Source of the DNA: Phoronis australis
Lineage: Eukaryota > Animalia > Phoronida
Reading direction: 5' to 3'
DNA length: 64,000 nt
Assembly (NCBI GenBank): GCA_002633005.1
Contig: NMRA01000372.1
Span: 149,058 to 213,057 of the forward strand
Positions 35,897 through 49,471 of the stretch are shown piece by piece. Under the pieces are notes generated by a model, which saw nothing but the letters and a program-made list of their open reading frames with translations, searched no databases and was not told the origin of the DNA. Positions within the stretch are counted from its first letter, which is position 1, and each line of letters opens with the position of its first letter. Position numbers and translations under genes: made by a program.

Positions 35897-37236
35897 AATC
35901 TCCACCAGATGTTGAGGAGTCTCGGCCTTCAAGCCAGTGAACATGCCATGTGGCTTGTGATGTTACGGTGCCGAGCTAGGTTGCAGTGTCCAGTAATAAC
36001 CTGTATCTGCTGCCTTAGAGCATGCCTATCTAAACATAACAGTTTCTTTGAACCTTTTGGTTCTGGCTAAGCCACGAATTGAATAAATCGCAGGAAATTC
36101 AATGGAACGGGAGAAGCAACCCTGGGAGTGACACCCTTATGAAATTATGAATCCGCCGCTCGCGCCAATGGCTTGAACTCGCGTACTTGCGACTTCCAAC
36201 TTCATAGAACTTATAGGACTATGATGTTACTTGCAGAGCTCTGACTACTGACCTACTAATATGGAGGACGAAGGGTTAATTAATCATTCTAAAGCCGTCT
36301 GTAATGAATTACCTAATTCTAACGTTGCTGTCACAAATGATCGATCTATGGTCAATAATTTATCATTCAATTTTAACTGCGGCTACGGCTAGTTTACCAA
36401 GAGTCCCATCAAATTATCCGCGCAATGCCTTCAGTCAGCTCAAGTTCTTTGCCACTCCTGTGTATGCAGTGTCGTAGAACTCAGTAATTGGTTGAATTGG
36501 GTTTAGTTTGTGTTTTGAAATTTAAAGCCGTGTTTGTACAGTGTAGCTCGTTTACAAGAATGATGTTTTTCAGATGTTGTAGAATGAGATAAACTAACCG
36601 TACTTCGCTCCTTTTTCTGCGTTGCGTCAAACGTGGAAGCGAACTATTGCCGCCGTGTAGCTGGTGTCTAGATGTGACACAGCTTTTGGTCTCGGGAACA
36701 ACTTGGCTTTTATTACATGTCACGGTGCTCGATGCAGGGAGACCCGCCGCGGTAATCCAACTTCCTGAAATTGTGCCCGGGGTGTAATCGCTTTACTTGA
36801 ATCTCATCGAAAACGACCAATTAATGACATGTTTCGAATAAACGTGTACCTTTTTACTCTACGACTGCTGCATAATTAACTTAATTTCTAGTTAGAATCT
36901 GTCGTGTTTAGTCTCACTTCGGAGATTAATACATCCTGGGCCGTAGTTTTAATCAATAATTACCGGTAACTGTCAGCTGTAGTTTGTCATCCCAGAAATC
37001 ACCAAAAGTCTAAGTTGCGTACCTCAATCAGTTGAGACCAATTTCATAACTATTTATTTGGCCGTCAGAAAGTTTAGTTGCAATCTGAGCTCAAATTGGC
37101 TCTATAGCGCAGCATTAACACTATTGACTTCAACTTTCTCACATAAGATAAATCCGTGTGTCAAAATTATGCCAAAAACACTCGCCAGCCGTCAAAGTCA
37201 AGAGCAAGTTTGAATAGTTCATAAAACGTCTACTAC

Positions 37237-37388
37237 CTGGCGTGCGTTCAGTAACCGCTATAGGACCTACTTAGCTAAAATCTAGCTAACATCACGTGCT
37301 CTCATTTAAAATACACGGCAGGGTCTCACGTCATCTCACGAAGTCTTGCTTTTTAGCGAGGTCCTAGCGTTACTGAACGGGAGGCTGG
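37237..37388. mobile_element. MITE; related partial copy at ~35090-35235 with an internal ~34-bp duplication
   Basis: CGTTCAGTAACCGCTA..GGACCT / AGGTCCTAGCGTTACTGAACG inverted arms; the core TAGCTAAAATCTAGC..A..TCACGTGCTCTCATTTAAAATACACGG is shared by both loci. Confidence 0.7.
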
Positions 37389-39598
37389 TCTAGCGTTACT
37401 AACGCTTTGAACGAAAGTCCCCCTTGCGTCGCATGGCATGATCCACTTCGTCAGTGCAACACAAGGAAGAGTGGCTTTAGCTGAAGGTAAAGCCTGTATA
37501 CCTCAGATATTGTATGTGTGATAATGGATGACAGATTCAGGTGCGTTGTGGGTAATCACGAAAAAGTGGGTTTTGTGTCACTGTCAATTGAAACATACAT
37601 ATATTTACAGCTTCTTTCCAGTCCACCATTAATTTGTAATTTCATCGCTGCAAACATGGACGTTTCGGTCTTTAATTTTTATGTGGTGCCAGGTCAGCTG
37701 CAAACATATCCAAACAACAACATTGTACATGTACAAGTTTTCTGAAACAGACCTCAACTTGCTTCACAAAAGTTCTGTTCTGCCAATGACGACGCTGCTA
37801 ATGTGAGATTTACCATATTGCCCTTTAATTAGACTGGCTCGTGTCTTACGCACTGTTTTAATTAGCGTACATGGTTTATGTAATGCGAGTTACAACTGGT
37901 CATGGGTGATCATGAAATTGGAATGTTTCCCCTCCAGGCATCTATTGTGAGCTTGACATTTGCAGGCAGGGGCGGATTCATGGATTGTGACCGCGCTGGG
38001 ATTTCCTTTCAGCAAAGCTAGTATGTGGTTAAAATGTGTGACCTCATTAGTTGATGATCCCACAAATATGGCAATTTTCTTCCAAAAATCCCGAATCTGT
38101 CTTTGGCTGATGGTCAGATTCTGTGGAGTCCTGCAACCCCCCTCTCTCTCCCTCCCTCCGTCCCTCCTCCTCTCCCTCCCTCTCTCTCATTCCTGTTTAA
38201 TTAAAATCCTCTCAGTTACTTTCAGATGTCGACATATTCTTTCATGTTAATCAAATACCGGAAGGCGCCTACTGTAAATCTTTGCTAACCATGGTGTGAC
38301 ACTACTGGTTGGTATCTTGACAATTTAGACAGTAGCAGATCAAGTATGAGAAATTTGACGAAAATCTCAAGATTCAACTGATCTTCAAAAATGTGCAGAA
38401 TGCGTCTGATGATGTTTAGTAAACGAACGAGTACGGTGTTTCTTCACCGAATTATGCGCCATTGTACAAGTGTATTTTATTTTATTTTAGTTCATGATAT
38501 ATGTCAACAAAAAAATCAGAAAATGTGTGCTCAATTAATGACAGTGTTCGTTTTATTTGGCGAGTTATGTATGACCTTATCCTCAACACTGTAGACTCAG
38601 CCAAATTTCTACGAATAGCTAGAATTTATCTGAGCCAAAGTGCATATATTCTGAAATTAGAAATTGCGTGGAATACTTCTCTGCCATTAACTAGGTCACG
38701 TGACTGTACCGCTTCAGTAAAATTTAGTACAAAAGAAAGGTGTTTTCATAGCAACAAGATTAACAATTTGAGCACATTTTGTATGATATAAATGTTCAAT
38801 GGTAAATTTCAACAACGCTCCTGTTACAGTTTTATCGCAACGGTTTCGTTTTCGTTTTATGCAACGTTAAAGCTTTTTCGTAAAAACCATGTTGTAACTC
38901 CTATTTTTGATTGTCCCTGATGCAAGAGTTGAACGTTTTAAAAACAATTCCTTGCGGCGTTTAGGAAAACTGTTCATAAATCGTAGTACCTGAAAGTTTC
39001 GTGTGAATTCGTCCAGCCATCTTTGAGAAACGATGTTCCGAATTTGGCCAAAATTGGAATTTTCTAGGGTCCTACATAATTTCAATGAAATATCCGACCC
39101 TTTCGTAACCAAGGAATTCATGCTGCTAAGTAAAAAATCTTACATGGATAAATCTTCCTCTGATCAAAATGTGCCTATCGGCGAAGACATGATGCAGTAG
39201 ACAACAGATCATTCTGTTATGACTACATCAAAATATGATACTCATTCTCATGACTTTGTAGATAGTAAGTGGACAAATCAGTTGTTCTGAAGAATAAATT
39301 CCGGGAAACTGCTCATGAGATATAGTGCGATCAAAGCGTTAAACTGTGTAAGTAAATTTTCTTTGTCTCTTCCTAACATTTATGTTGTATAATTTGGAAA
39401 GCTCAAATCCAGGTACATTACGTATGTGGGTCAGTTTAAGTTATCTTCAAGTCTTTAATATGTAATGAAGCGTTTAAGTTCAGGTGAAGCGTTTAGTTCT
39501 GGTGTGCATCGGTATGTAAACTTCATGTGGAAAATCTCACTTGTGTGATTTCAGATACCTCGTTTTCTACTTCAACCTACAATAATCAACAGATCGCC

Positions 39599-39659
39599 AT
39601 GAGGTCTTCGTTTCTCACAATAGGGGTCGCTTTGGTATTGAGTGAGTTTGTAGTGAAAG
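39599..39659 (+). CDS. Ly6/uPAR three-finger protein (quiver/U-scoloptoxin(05)-like), exon 1 (signal peptide)
   Basis: GCCATG start; MRSSFLTIGVALVLSEFVVK hydrophobic leader; phase-1 donor G/GTAACA is compatible with exon 2. Confidence 0.7.
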
Positions 39660-40933
39660 GTAACACGTCAAACATCCCGTCTGAGTCTGATCAGGGTTTC
39701 ACGAGTGAGTGTTTTTACCTTTGACCTAGTACTAATTGACTTCGAGTAAGCACGTGACAACTGCGCATGGCTCCGTACGACGATAAGCGCCATGGCTGAA
39801 AGCAAAATGATAAGTAGAAAAACGCAGAAGATTCTGCACTATTCTTAAGGAAACATTGGAGATGTTTGTTCTATTAGATAAGGGTGTCCTACTCCATCTC
39901 ACTTGTGATTAAATCGAAATTGAAAAAGGGAAAGAATCGCCACTCAACTAAAATCAATGGGGACCGTAAACGATATAAATATAATATGATTCCCATCGGA
40001 TAACAGGGCAATTTTTGTCATTAGAAGCATCTACAGTAGAAAGCATGCTTTTGATATATTCATTGTTGTGTTATACTTCCTCACTCGATCGAGTTCTATT
40101 ACCTAGGCAGCCACCAAAAGGTGTCTCCAAAACAATTTTTTGAATATGTTCTGTGGGTCCCCGGCCTTGTGAGTTGTGACTTTCGATATCTGCTAGCGAT
40201 TCGAAAATTTAAATCGTGTGAATCTTGTTAATTCTATAACCGGTACGTTAATTTAATCCCTGAAGAATCCAGTTTGCCTTCCAACTACAAGGCCATTTGA
40301 CAGCCTGACGGAAAAGCATCTCCTTTGTTGACCAAGAATTGATTTTGGCTTGATTAACACGCGGCTTTGATTTGCTCTACAGTATTTAACGGCATGGGAA
40401 TTGGAATGCGCAGTAAATGCCAACATAGATGTCACTGGCGTCTGAAATAACGGCCTCAGTGTATTGTCCATTGTAAAACAAGTCGATGTATTTGTTTTCT
40501 TTCTATTTGATTAGCTTATTTCATTTCATTCTAACAATGGGGATATTTTTGGAGCTTTTCTATTACCACGCCGCGAAATTCTATCTTATGTTCAATATAC
40601 ATGTAAAGCCTCTCATTTCACGTAAGCCTGGAACCAATGTTTTTTAGTCAACCTGGTAGATTTTGGGAGAAATATGGGACCATACCTTGCTTAGTGGAGC
40701 CAGTTTCACGCAGTTTCATTTTGCCAGTAGGATTAAAGTTCACTATGTGTTGAACGACGCCAGTCGACAAGTTGTCTCGCATCTAGTCTCTGTAAGAGAC
40801 TGCATGACTTAGACTGACCCGCAGACGAGGCCAGACATCAGCGACATCTATTGGCAAACACCATTGGCATAGGAGTTGAGGACTTGTTGCGTTTTGAAAT
40901 AAGTGCCACAGTAAATAAAGTGAAGTACCTATA

Positions 40934-41140
40934 ATCGTGCGCGCACCCAGCCTAAAAAGTAGAGGGCTCGAATTTTTGACAATGTGGGACTTTTATTAAA
41001 AAAGCTAGGACGTTCGGAGCTACATGTATGTTCTGTGCATTCCCCGAATTTTTCGGACTTATTAATTCTCTGAGGCGGACCTTTTTGCCTTCTTCTCCAA
41101 ATCGTTCGAGCCCCCCGAGCCCCCCTGGGTGCGCGCTTGA
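40934..41140. mobile_element. MITE; inverted relative at ~31325-31566
   Basis: TIR ATCGTGCGCGCACCCAG / CTGGGTGCGCGCTTGAT; shares GGCTCGAATTTTTGA and GGACCTTTTTGCC with the reverse complement of the 31.3-31.6 kb copy. Confidence 0.65.
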
Positions 41141-41598
41141 TGATAGTTCACGCTTGTAGTCTCCCGAGACTGGTGCATGATGCTAGAGGCTCCAGGTTTC
41201 GTGTGAACAAATGTGTAGAACTGAAGTCATGTCATCAATCTAACTGAGGGCATTTAATTCATAACGCAGTTAACTACATGTTTGTTCTTTACCAAGCTAT
41301 GCAATGACCCAATCATGAAGTGCACGTGGGTTTCGAAACTATTTGCTCCTGATATCAAACGCTTCACATAAATCCATATTTCTATACATGTACATGTACA
41401 TGTACTGTTGTTCACGTTAACAGCATCAATGAGTCAGAATCAGCGTTGCACGCGCTGTTTTGATTCAAGTAACCTACCGTCAATCTATGTTTTCCTTTGC
41501 CCTTTTCGCATCTGTTGCCCTCACACGATTCTCGTACACTTATGAATGGGCTGTTGTGATCGCTATATTATTTCATGTCGACATGAATATCAGCTTAA

Positions 41599-42104
41599 AG
41601 CGGCTGTCAACCCGCGTTCAGTCCACTGCAAGAAGTGAATTTTTGATTTAGGCCACTTACCGCGAAAAACTGATCTCAACTTGTTCCTCAGAGGCGAAGG
41701 GATGGCTGAGTCTGTGGGTTACTGTCAGTTCGTTGTTCCTCGAGACCCTAATTATTCGCGTGCGCAGTGACGTAATCAGTTCTCTCGAATCCCTTAATTC
41801 ATGATTAAATTGACTTAAGAATAATTCGGAGGAGGCAGTGTGAGAAGTGTCCGCTTTGTTTACTCGAGGTCGTGGGTTCGAGTCCCAGTGGGGCACGCTG
41901 CTAAGTCCTTGAGTCAGATTTCTAGCTCCTCAGCGCGGTTTTCACTATGTATTACTAAAGCACAAAAATGGTTCCATGTGATCAGTGCAGTGGTCCCCCC
42001 AAATGCGACCTGCGTACGTTTGGTACAACGTGTATCAGATCTGACCGCCTGTAATTATTTTTTAAGAATAATTTGAGACCGATTTCACAACGTGTATAGC
42101 CGCT
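41599..42104. mobile_element. Kolobok-type TTAA MITE containing a nested SINE
   Basis: TTAA-AGCGGCTGT ... ATAGCCGCT-TTAA (TTAA at 41595-41598 and 42105-42108). Confidence 0.6.
41834..42063 (+). mobile_element. tRNA-derived SINE, copy 1
   Basis: B-box GGTTCGAGTCC; the body aligns by eye over ~230 bp with 45582-45816; T-rich tail. Confidence 0.8.
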
Positions 42105-43053
42105 TTAACAAAAGTCGCATTAATCATTTACTTGTGAGTTGGTTGATTTAACAAAACATGAGACGTCCAGTGAATATAAAAATAACTTTCGGTCACGAAA
42201 TTCCAGCGTATTCAAATAGTTATATAAAGGTATATCCAGCATTGCTTCGGCACTGACCATTACGTTGGGACATCCCATTTCGCACAATGGCTAGTATCGA
42301 ATGTTGATTTAATTTTCTAACCGTGAGAATATCGAGTCGTGGAATACTGCAATTCAGGTCTTTTAAACGGTTATACTGGGATCGGAAAAGATATCATAGG
42401 TGTTAACGTTGGCATAATATGCCTCTTGAATTTGGTAATTTTTACCCACTGCAATCTGACTACTTGTAAATTGTGCGATTTCTTGTAGTTTTTTAAAATG
42501 TGCAAAAATATGCCAACGTCTGCAACATTTCATTGACACTTTATGTATTACTAACCCAATCTTTTAAATTCATTTTCCCTTTTCAGCACTGGGTTTTGGT
42601 CTAAAAGTTTGCGTCTCTGCCCCGTGTGTCAATCCTTCCCTGCCTTTCGATACTTTTATTAACTATCACTTGTTTCGCCTGCTAACTAACTAACCTCTAA
42701 CCATAACACACTAGTCTTTGCAACATAGCTTTGCACGATCAGACGAAGATTTTGGTTTATTTTTGTTTACACTTCTTGTTTAAAGTTTTGTTACATTCCA
42801 TTTCAGCGGAATTCGTTTTCATTTCATGAGGTTTTGCTCTTACATTTGTTTTTAGTGGACTTGAGTTTCCTGTTCTAAAGTCTGAGTTTATTTATCTGGG
42901 TCATGGTTACATATGCGAATTACTTTTTTAAAAATTAGTAGGTTGGACATCTGTTGTCGCACTCGTCATATAAATATTTTCCGATTGCACACGAATGAAT
43001 AAACCTTATTTTTCGAGCATGAAGGTTTATATTTGCTACCTGGGTAATTTCAG

Positions 43054-43224
43054 CCGGCGCCATCGGATGTTACCGATGTACAACATTCAACGGAAGTGAC
43101 GTTGGGTGTACAGACCCATTTCACCCTGTGTACAGTACATTCGAAGAGGAATGCTATCAAGGCAAAAAAGATAGACAAGGCCTGTTTCCTGCTAAATACT
43201 GCCTGAAAATTCACGGGAAACGTA
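43054..43224 (+). CDS. Ly6/uPAR three-finger protein, exon 2
   Basis: Acceptor taatttcAG, donor A/GTAAGT; encodes AGAIGCYRCTTFNGSDVGCTDPFHPVYSTFEEECYQGKKDRQGLFPAKYCLKIHGKR. Confidence 0.88.
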
Positions 43225-44233
43225 GTAAGTTATATATGGAGTGCAGTGAGCCCATCCTCGGTTGAGTTATCATCCGTAGTTCAAGTACATAAATACATTG
43301 CATGACTGACCTACCTTTCAAAATGGAGGAAATCACGTCCATTTTTTATTTTTCTTAGGCAACATTGCAAATCAAACTGCTTACAATTCAGGTTGCCATG
43401 CATTGCGATATTGAATTGCATAATAATAAGGATAGGAGGTAGTGATTCGTACATTTAGTTGAGGCGAATCAGGCCTCTAGTTGTGTGGTACGCACATGTG
43501 ATGCATTGTGGGTAAATATCTTAGAATAGGTTTAGCGATGTTATCACTTCAGGACAAACCTGTCGTCTTAGCGCCAATCATGGTTCTACTTCGTCTCAAG
43601 TGCTGTGGTGTTATCGAAATCGATGCATGTTTAAATGATCCCAGAAAGTTCATTATTTCGCATATATACATATAAGACCAGGATCTTGTATACGGAGTTG
43701 TTGTAAATTCGTAGCCTCTCGGGTGAGGGGGAGGGGGTTATACAGAACGTGCCGCTCATAGAGTTTACTTCTTCAAAACCAGCCTCCTTACGAAACGATG
43801 CCTTTTCAGATTTCAGGTTTGCCTTCAAAGTTCGAAACTATCCAACTACTCAAACACAAAGCTGTTTTATATTGTTTTTAATTTCAAAACGTTTGTTTGA
43901 AAAGATATATTTTTGACAGCATGACATTTCTTCATATGCTGTTCAGGCTTACTATGTTAGTGAATTCATTTGTCTAAGAATCCCAGCGAATAATAGTAAT
44001 CTTACTTAACTTTAAAAGGAAAACGCGTGAAGATAGCCCTAGTGCTTTTGTCTTATATGGACGGAAGAATTACTTCCGCAGGCCTATTCACAACGTTGCA
44101 GTATTGTATTCTTCATCTTTGTCTAAAGAGGGTTCATTGCTTGCACCGTTTGTAGATTTGACGCTCAATGATTGGTCCAAATGCCTATGTTTTGGACCAC
44201 TGTAAACGTTGCATTTTGGGTATTTCATTTCAG

Positions 44234-44484
44234 TAAAAGACAACGTCGATATCTTCATACGGACGTGTTCCACCACAGGTATGGGCGACTTTTGTGGCGA
44301 GTTTGACTACGACGGAGACATGTACCACGGGTGCATAAGGACATGTCAAACGTACGCTTGTAACCATGGAATAACGCGGACATTAAGCTCCTATAAAAAA
44401 ATGGAGTTTCTCATAACCACGCTATTATGTTTCGCATCGTTTCATTTCGTTAGCAAATGGTGGCGCTCGGATATGAGTTTCTGA
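44234..44484 (+). CDS. Ly6/uPAR three-finger protein, exon 3 (C-x3-C-x4-CN motif and GPI-signal-like tail)
   Basis: Acceptor tttcatttcAG; IRTC...FCG...GCIRTCQTYACN then hydrophobic FLITTLLCFASFHFV; spliced CDS 61+171+251=483 nt = 160 aa with 10 domain cysteines. Confidence 0.88.
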
Positions 44485-45581
44485 TAAACGAAGCCGTGAA
44501 CTTCTCTTTATGTAGAAGATTTCCTATTGGAAGTCTAACAGCTCACATTTCGATCGAGTTTCAGTTGGCTGTGCCCAAGTAGACGAAATGGACGTCTCAT
44601 GCCATTGGCTAGAATATTGCACGGGAGCACGTTATGTGTCGTGAAACGTGTCTGCTTGTGACAGAATGCAGGACGAAGCCCAGGCGTTGCACGTGCTCTG
44701 TATCTGGTCAAAGGCGGCTTCGCACGTGCGGTTCCTGACGAAGGTCGGGACCCCATGCTGCAGCCGGAAACTGCTCTGCTGTAATGAAACGTAGCCAAAC
44801 AATCTATTGTCTAACACCTTATGTGTGGCCACCATCAACCCTTGTGGTCTCAATCCTGGATCAGCGTCGCCCTACATGAACGTGACGTCTTTTGGCGTCT
44901 ATTATAGCCTACAGTAGAAGAAACGAACTCTTTAGCTCGCATGTGTTTTTGTTTTTCTCGAACTACTGAAGACAAGAGATATAAATGTAGTCCTCGAAAG
45001 TGTCAGACCCAATGAAGTCTCTGTTTGGATATTGTCAAAACTAGCCTGATGGAGTAGCAATTGGGAGCTCAAGGGAACCATGTCTCTCTAGTTTTAAATG
45101 TTGTGACGATCATTCAGTGTGTTTCCATTCTTGTTCTATTCATCACGTTTTACGTCATCAATGTCGAAGATCTCTCTCTTTATGTGATATTAATGTTGTG
45201 TCTGCCATTTTTGTGCTGCTCGAATCATCAATATTTTAAAGTATCCAACCCACAGAACTCATCTCATCCAGTGAGTAAAGTGATTTTGAATGGAAAAATA
45301 ACACCTTTGAACCCCTCGTCTTGCTTAAGATCTTACCTGAATGGTAGGAAACTATTAAAGTGACCTCAAGACAACAACTTCTGCTAACAGCTGGCGTTCA
45401 GACCAGACTTAGTAAAAATGTTTTCGAACTTCGGTCAACATACATTACAGTATGTACAAACGTTTGATTCCGGCCATTTACTGTTGTTACATACACTGTA
45501 TGTGTTATGTACGTGACTGAGATCAGAAATGATTATTGGGCTTCAGAAAAACTGACAGGTTTGTTATTGCTTCGGAGAGGA

Positions 45582-45816
45582 GGCAGTGTGGCCTAGTGTG
45601 ATAGGTGCCCACTTTCTTTACTCGACGTCGTGGGTTCGAGTCCCACTGGACCACATTCATAGACCCTTGAGTCAGGTTTCTAGCTCCTCAGCTCGGTTTC
45701 AACTATATATTAATAAAGCACAAAAATGGTTCCAGGCGATCAGTGCAATGGGCCCACGTGTGCAGCCTGCGCATGCCTGGTGCAACGTGTACCAGACCGC
45801 CTGCAGTTATTTTTTA
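45582..45816 (+). mobile_element. tRNA-derived SINE, copy 2
   Basis: A-box TGGCCTAGTG, B-box GGTTCGAGTCC, body homologous to 41834-42063. Confidence 0.82.
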
Positions 45817-47151
45817 TTGCTTCACACCACGCCCATTAAAAGGCTTGTCACGTCGTGTTAGTGTCAGTCACGAATGCAAGTCATATACATGTACAAGTAG
45901 CATCCAGGCGATTCATTGTGGCCACTACAATTCAGATAAAGTATAAGCATTCGATAATCTTGCTTAATTTGAGGGAATGGATGCGCTTGTGAAGAAGTTT
46001 GTTGTTTTATTCCTAGTGGATGACAAATGGGGGTCGGTGTGACACTTTCCCCAATTTTGCAAATATCTATTTTGTAGTATGTAGGATTTCAGTCATTACT
46101 TTAATTAGAGCTGAATTTTCAGTAACCCATGTAAATTTTACATTTTTCTAGTTTCCCGGGCGACTTAAGACGGGTGTGACGGACAAATTCGGTGACATCT
46201 ACATTAAATTTCTGCAGATTTATGGTACATTACTTGTACGTAAAGACCAAATAAAAAATAGGAAAATTGAAACTATGTCGAATGCCCTAAGTCTTAAGCA
46301 CCGGTTCCTAATACAGGTGACGATATTCATTGTATGGTGATTTATCGACTGTATCTCAACATTGTTAGTTACATTTTAAAGTTGTTTAGTGGTGTATCTA
46401 CACGTTCACTATTCAGATGACCTTCAGCTCCTTTGTTTGTCATTCTCACGATGATTGCCGAACGAGTGGAAACGTCGGCAGATGTGTTGAACGTAATACA
46501 TGTAAATTCTTCCTCTTTGGATCAGAAGATGTATGCGACAGGTACTATCATTGAAACTCACTGCCAAATCACGCTGTTGTGTTATTACATTTTGTAAATA
46601 AATATTGATTTAACATGAGTACATGTTACAGTTTATGTGTAACAATACCGGCGAGTCCATTCGTTAAGATCTATTACGACCGAAAAAACGCACAACAATG
46701 AACTATGTTGTGTTTAAATGATATTGAACATTCTAGAAATGTGCGCCGACCTTGCTTGGGTAAACAGTCCAATAAGTTTTCCTTTCTCGTTTTCCAGAAA
46801 TAGCTCGACATTCGTGCAAACTTTTGATTGATTAAGTGTAAGCCTAAACTTAATTTATAAAAATTGATAGTGTCTCAAGGGTTTGTCTATTTGCCATTTG
46901 AATTCGTCGCTGTCTCCCAAACTATTTCGAATGAACTTGTCCAGTTGGCTTATTATACAAAACTCGCTTTACTCAATGGTTAAATCCGACAATCACGCAC
47001 GACTTAACCTGTTCAGTTTTCGAAAAAAGCAAATAAGGAAAAAAGTTCACGTGAACGAAAATCGAGCTATAAAAAGCTCCGAACAACTGAAAGTGTTGTC
47101 ACGAAATCCCCACAGTTTAATTCACGCACATTTTCAATTAAGGAATTCTGC

Positions 47152-49471
47152 CTGCGCTTAAATGCGCATGTGCCGTGGAAGAAAACGTACTGGGAAAATA
47201 TGCGCTTGCACCTAAATACGCGTAAACTCGGTAATAGCGGACACCTACATGTAGTTGTGTTTGCCTTTCCCTTGATAAATCCAGTCAAATGCCCGATCCC
47301 GTGTGGCCGGTTGAATGAAACAGTCACTGTTAGGGACTCAACGAAGTTCCCTAAATGATTTACTTACTTGTTTCGTTTATAACTCACATATTATGTATTT
47401 TTTATACATTTATTATCAATAAGTAACATTACAATGTAAATCACAATGAACGCATACACGCACGCACCTATTCATTGGTCGCTTAATTTTAAATAATACA
47501 TGTATTTCTAAGTCTATGGAACTGTCTATTTTTTCGAAAAATAATATATTTCTATAAGAGATAATACTGTTTTAAAATATTAACAAAAGTATTAATAGAT
47601 GTTAAAGCGCACCCAATCTTTGACAGTATATGCGATATTTCACTAGGATCAAAATTGAGTTTGTATATGATAATGTGTTGTTGATTCCAAAAAGAACATT
47701 AGCGTTCATTATTGTTTCATCGCTATCACTGAAGTAAAATTCAAAAATATCTTCCCAGAAGATTTCGGTGTAGTTAAAAAGTACTAATACCCTGTAAGTG
47801 CATAGGTAATGTTTTTTATCTTTTTACCTTTGATACGAGCTCCTCTTTAACTAATGACATTTTCAAATAATATTACTGAAAACAAAAAAACTTAATTCAA
47901 TCAAAATAATTAGGGACTTAGTCCTTAAATTAGGGGCGTTGTATGGAAATATCCCTACTTATTTTCAATAATACTGAGAATTCGATGTAGAGTTCACTCT
48001 CGATTTGTATAAGAGCCAAAAATTGGCAAAGTAATGATACTCAAACAGCATAAGAGAGAACAATCAGTGTTTACACAAGCCAACCGCAACTCCCCAAACC
48101 ATCGACGCGTCGACGTTAGTATGAAACGCCCTTTATGGAACTTGGTTGAGTGTCTATTTGGGACTGTTTTATGCAACCGGGCACATACATGTAACTCAAA
48201 AATTTGATTTCGTTAAAATTAGATCAACCTATTTTCGGATTTCATAAAGATTAGAAATAAACAAGAAAGTAGAAAATATTCGACTTTATTGTTCGTGCTA
48301 CATTTATGTGATTATNCTGCGCTTAAATGCGCATGTGCCGTGGAAGAAAACGTACTGGGAAAATATGCGCTTGCGCCTAAATACGCGTAAACTCGGTAAT
48401 AGCCGACACCTACATGTAGTTGTGTTTGCCTTTCCTTTGATAAATCCAGTCAAATGCCCGATCCCGTGTGGCCGGTTGAATGAAACAGTCACTGTTAGGG
48501 ACTCAACGAAGTTCCCTAAATGATTTACTTACTTGTTTCGTTTATAACTCACATATGTATTTTTTATACATTTATTATCAATAAGTAACATTACAATGTA
48601 AATCACAATGAACGCATACACGCACGCACCTATTCATTGGTCGCTTAATTTTAAATAATATTTCTAAGTCTATCGAACTGTCTATTTTTTCGAAAAATAA
48701 TATATTTCTCTAAGAGATAATACTGTTTTAAAATATTAACAAAAGTATTAATAGATGTTAAAGCGCACCCAATCTTTGACAGCATATGCGATATTTCGCT
48801 AGAATCAAAATTAAGTTTGTATATGATAATGTGTTGTTGATTCCAAAAAGAACATTAGCGTTCATTATTGTTTCATCGCTATCACTGAAGCAAAATTCAA
48901 GAATATCTTCCCAGAAGATTTTGGTGTAGTTAAAAAGTACAAATACCCTGTAAGTGCATAGGTAATGTTTTTTATCTTTTTACCTTTGATACGAGCTCCT
49001 CTTTAACTAATGACATTTTCAAATAATATTACTGAAAACAAAAAAAATTAATTCAATCAAAATAATTAGGGACTTAGTCCTTAAATTAGGGGCGTTGTAT
49101 GGAAATATCCCTACTTATTTTCAATAATACTGAGAATTCGATGTAGAGTTCACTCTCGATTTGTATAAGAGCCAAAAATTGGCAAAGTAATGATACTCAA
49201 ACAGCATAAGAGAGAACAATCAGTGTTTACACAAGCCAACCGCAACTCCCCAAACCATCGACGCGTCGACGTTAGTATGAAACGCCCTTTATGGAACTTG
49301 GTTGAGTGTCTATTTGGGACTGTTTTATGCAACCGGGCACATACATGTAACTCAAAAATTTGATTTCGTTAAAATTAGATCAACCTATTTTCGGATTTCA
49401 TAAAGATTAGAAATAAACAAGAAAGTAGAAAATATTCGACTTTATTGTTCGTGCTACATTTATGTGATTAT
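47152..49471. repeat. Near-identical 1.16-kb tandem duplication joined by a single N (probable uncollapsed haplotype overlap)
   Basis: 47152-48315 vs 48317-49471 differ only by scattered SNPs and small indels; the N at 48316 sits exactly at the junction. Confidence 0.9.

Noticed and set aside
36746-36765. GCCGCGGTAATCCA resembling the SSU rRNA 515-530 loop
   Set aside because: Only ~12 nt match and the flanks show no rRNA similarity.
38402-38436. CTGATGAT-GTTT-AGT-AAAC-GAACGAGTA hammerhead-like string
   Set aside because: GAAA is incomplete, the stem is weak and no consistent stem I or cleavage site can be drawn.
44725-44800. CTGACGAA ... GAAACGTAGCC, a possible hammerhead in the Ly6 3' region
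   Set aside because: No stem II closes directly between the two core motifs.
45582-45655. Possible genuine tRNA gene
   Set aside because: A and B boxes are present but there is no proper cloverleaf, and homology with 41834-42063 extends ~160 bp beyond the head, so it is a SINE.
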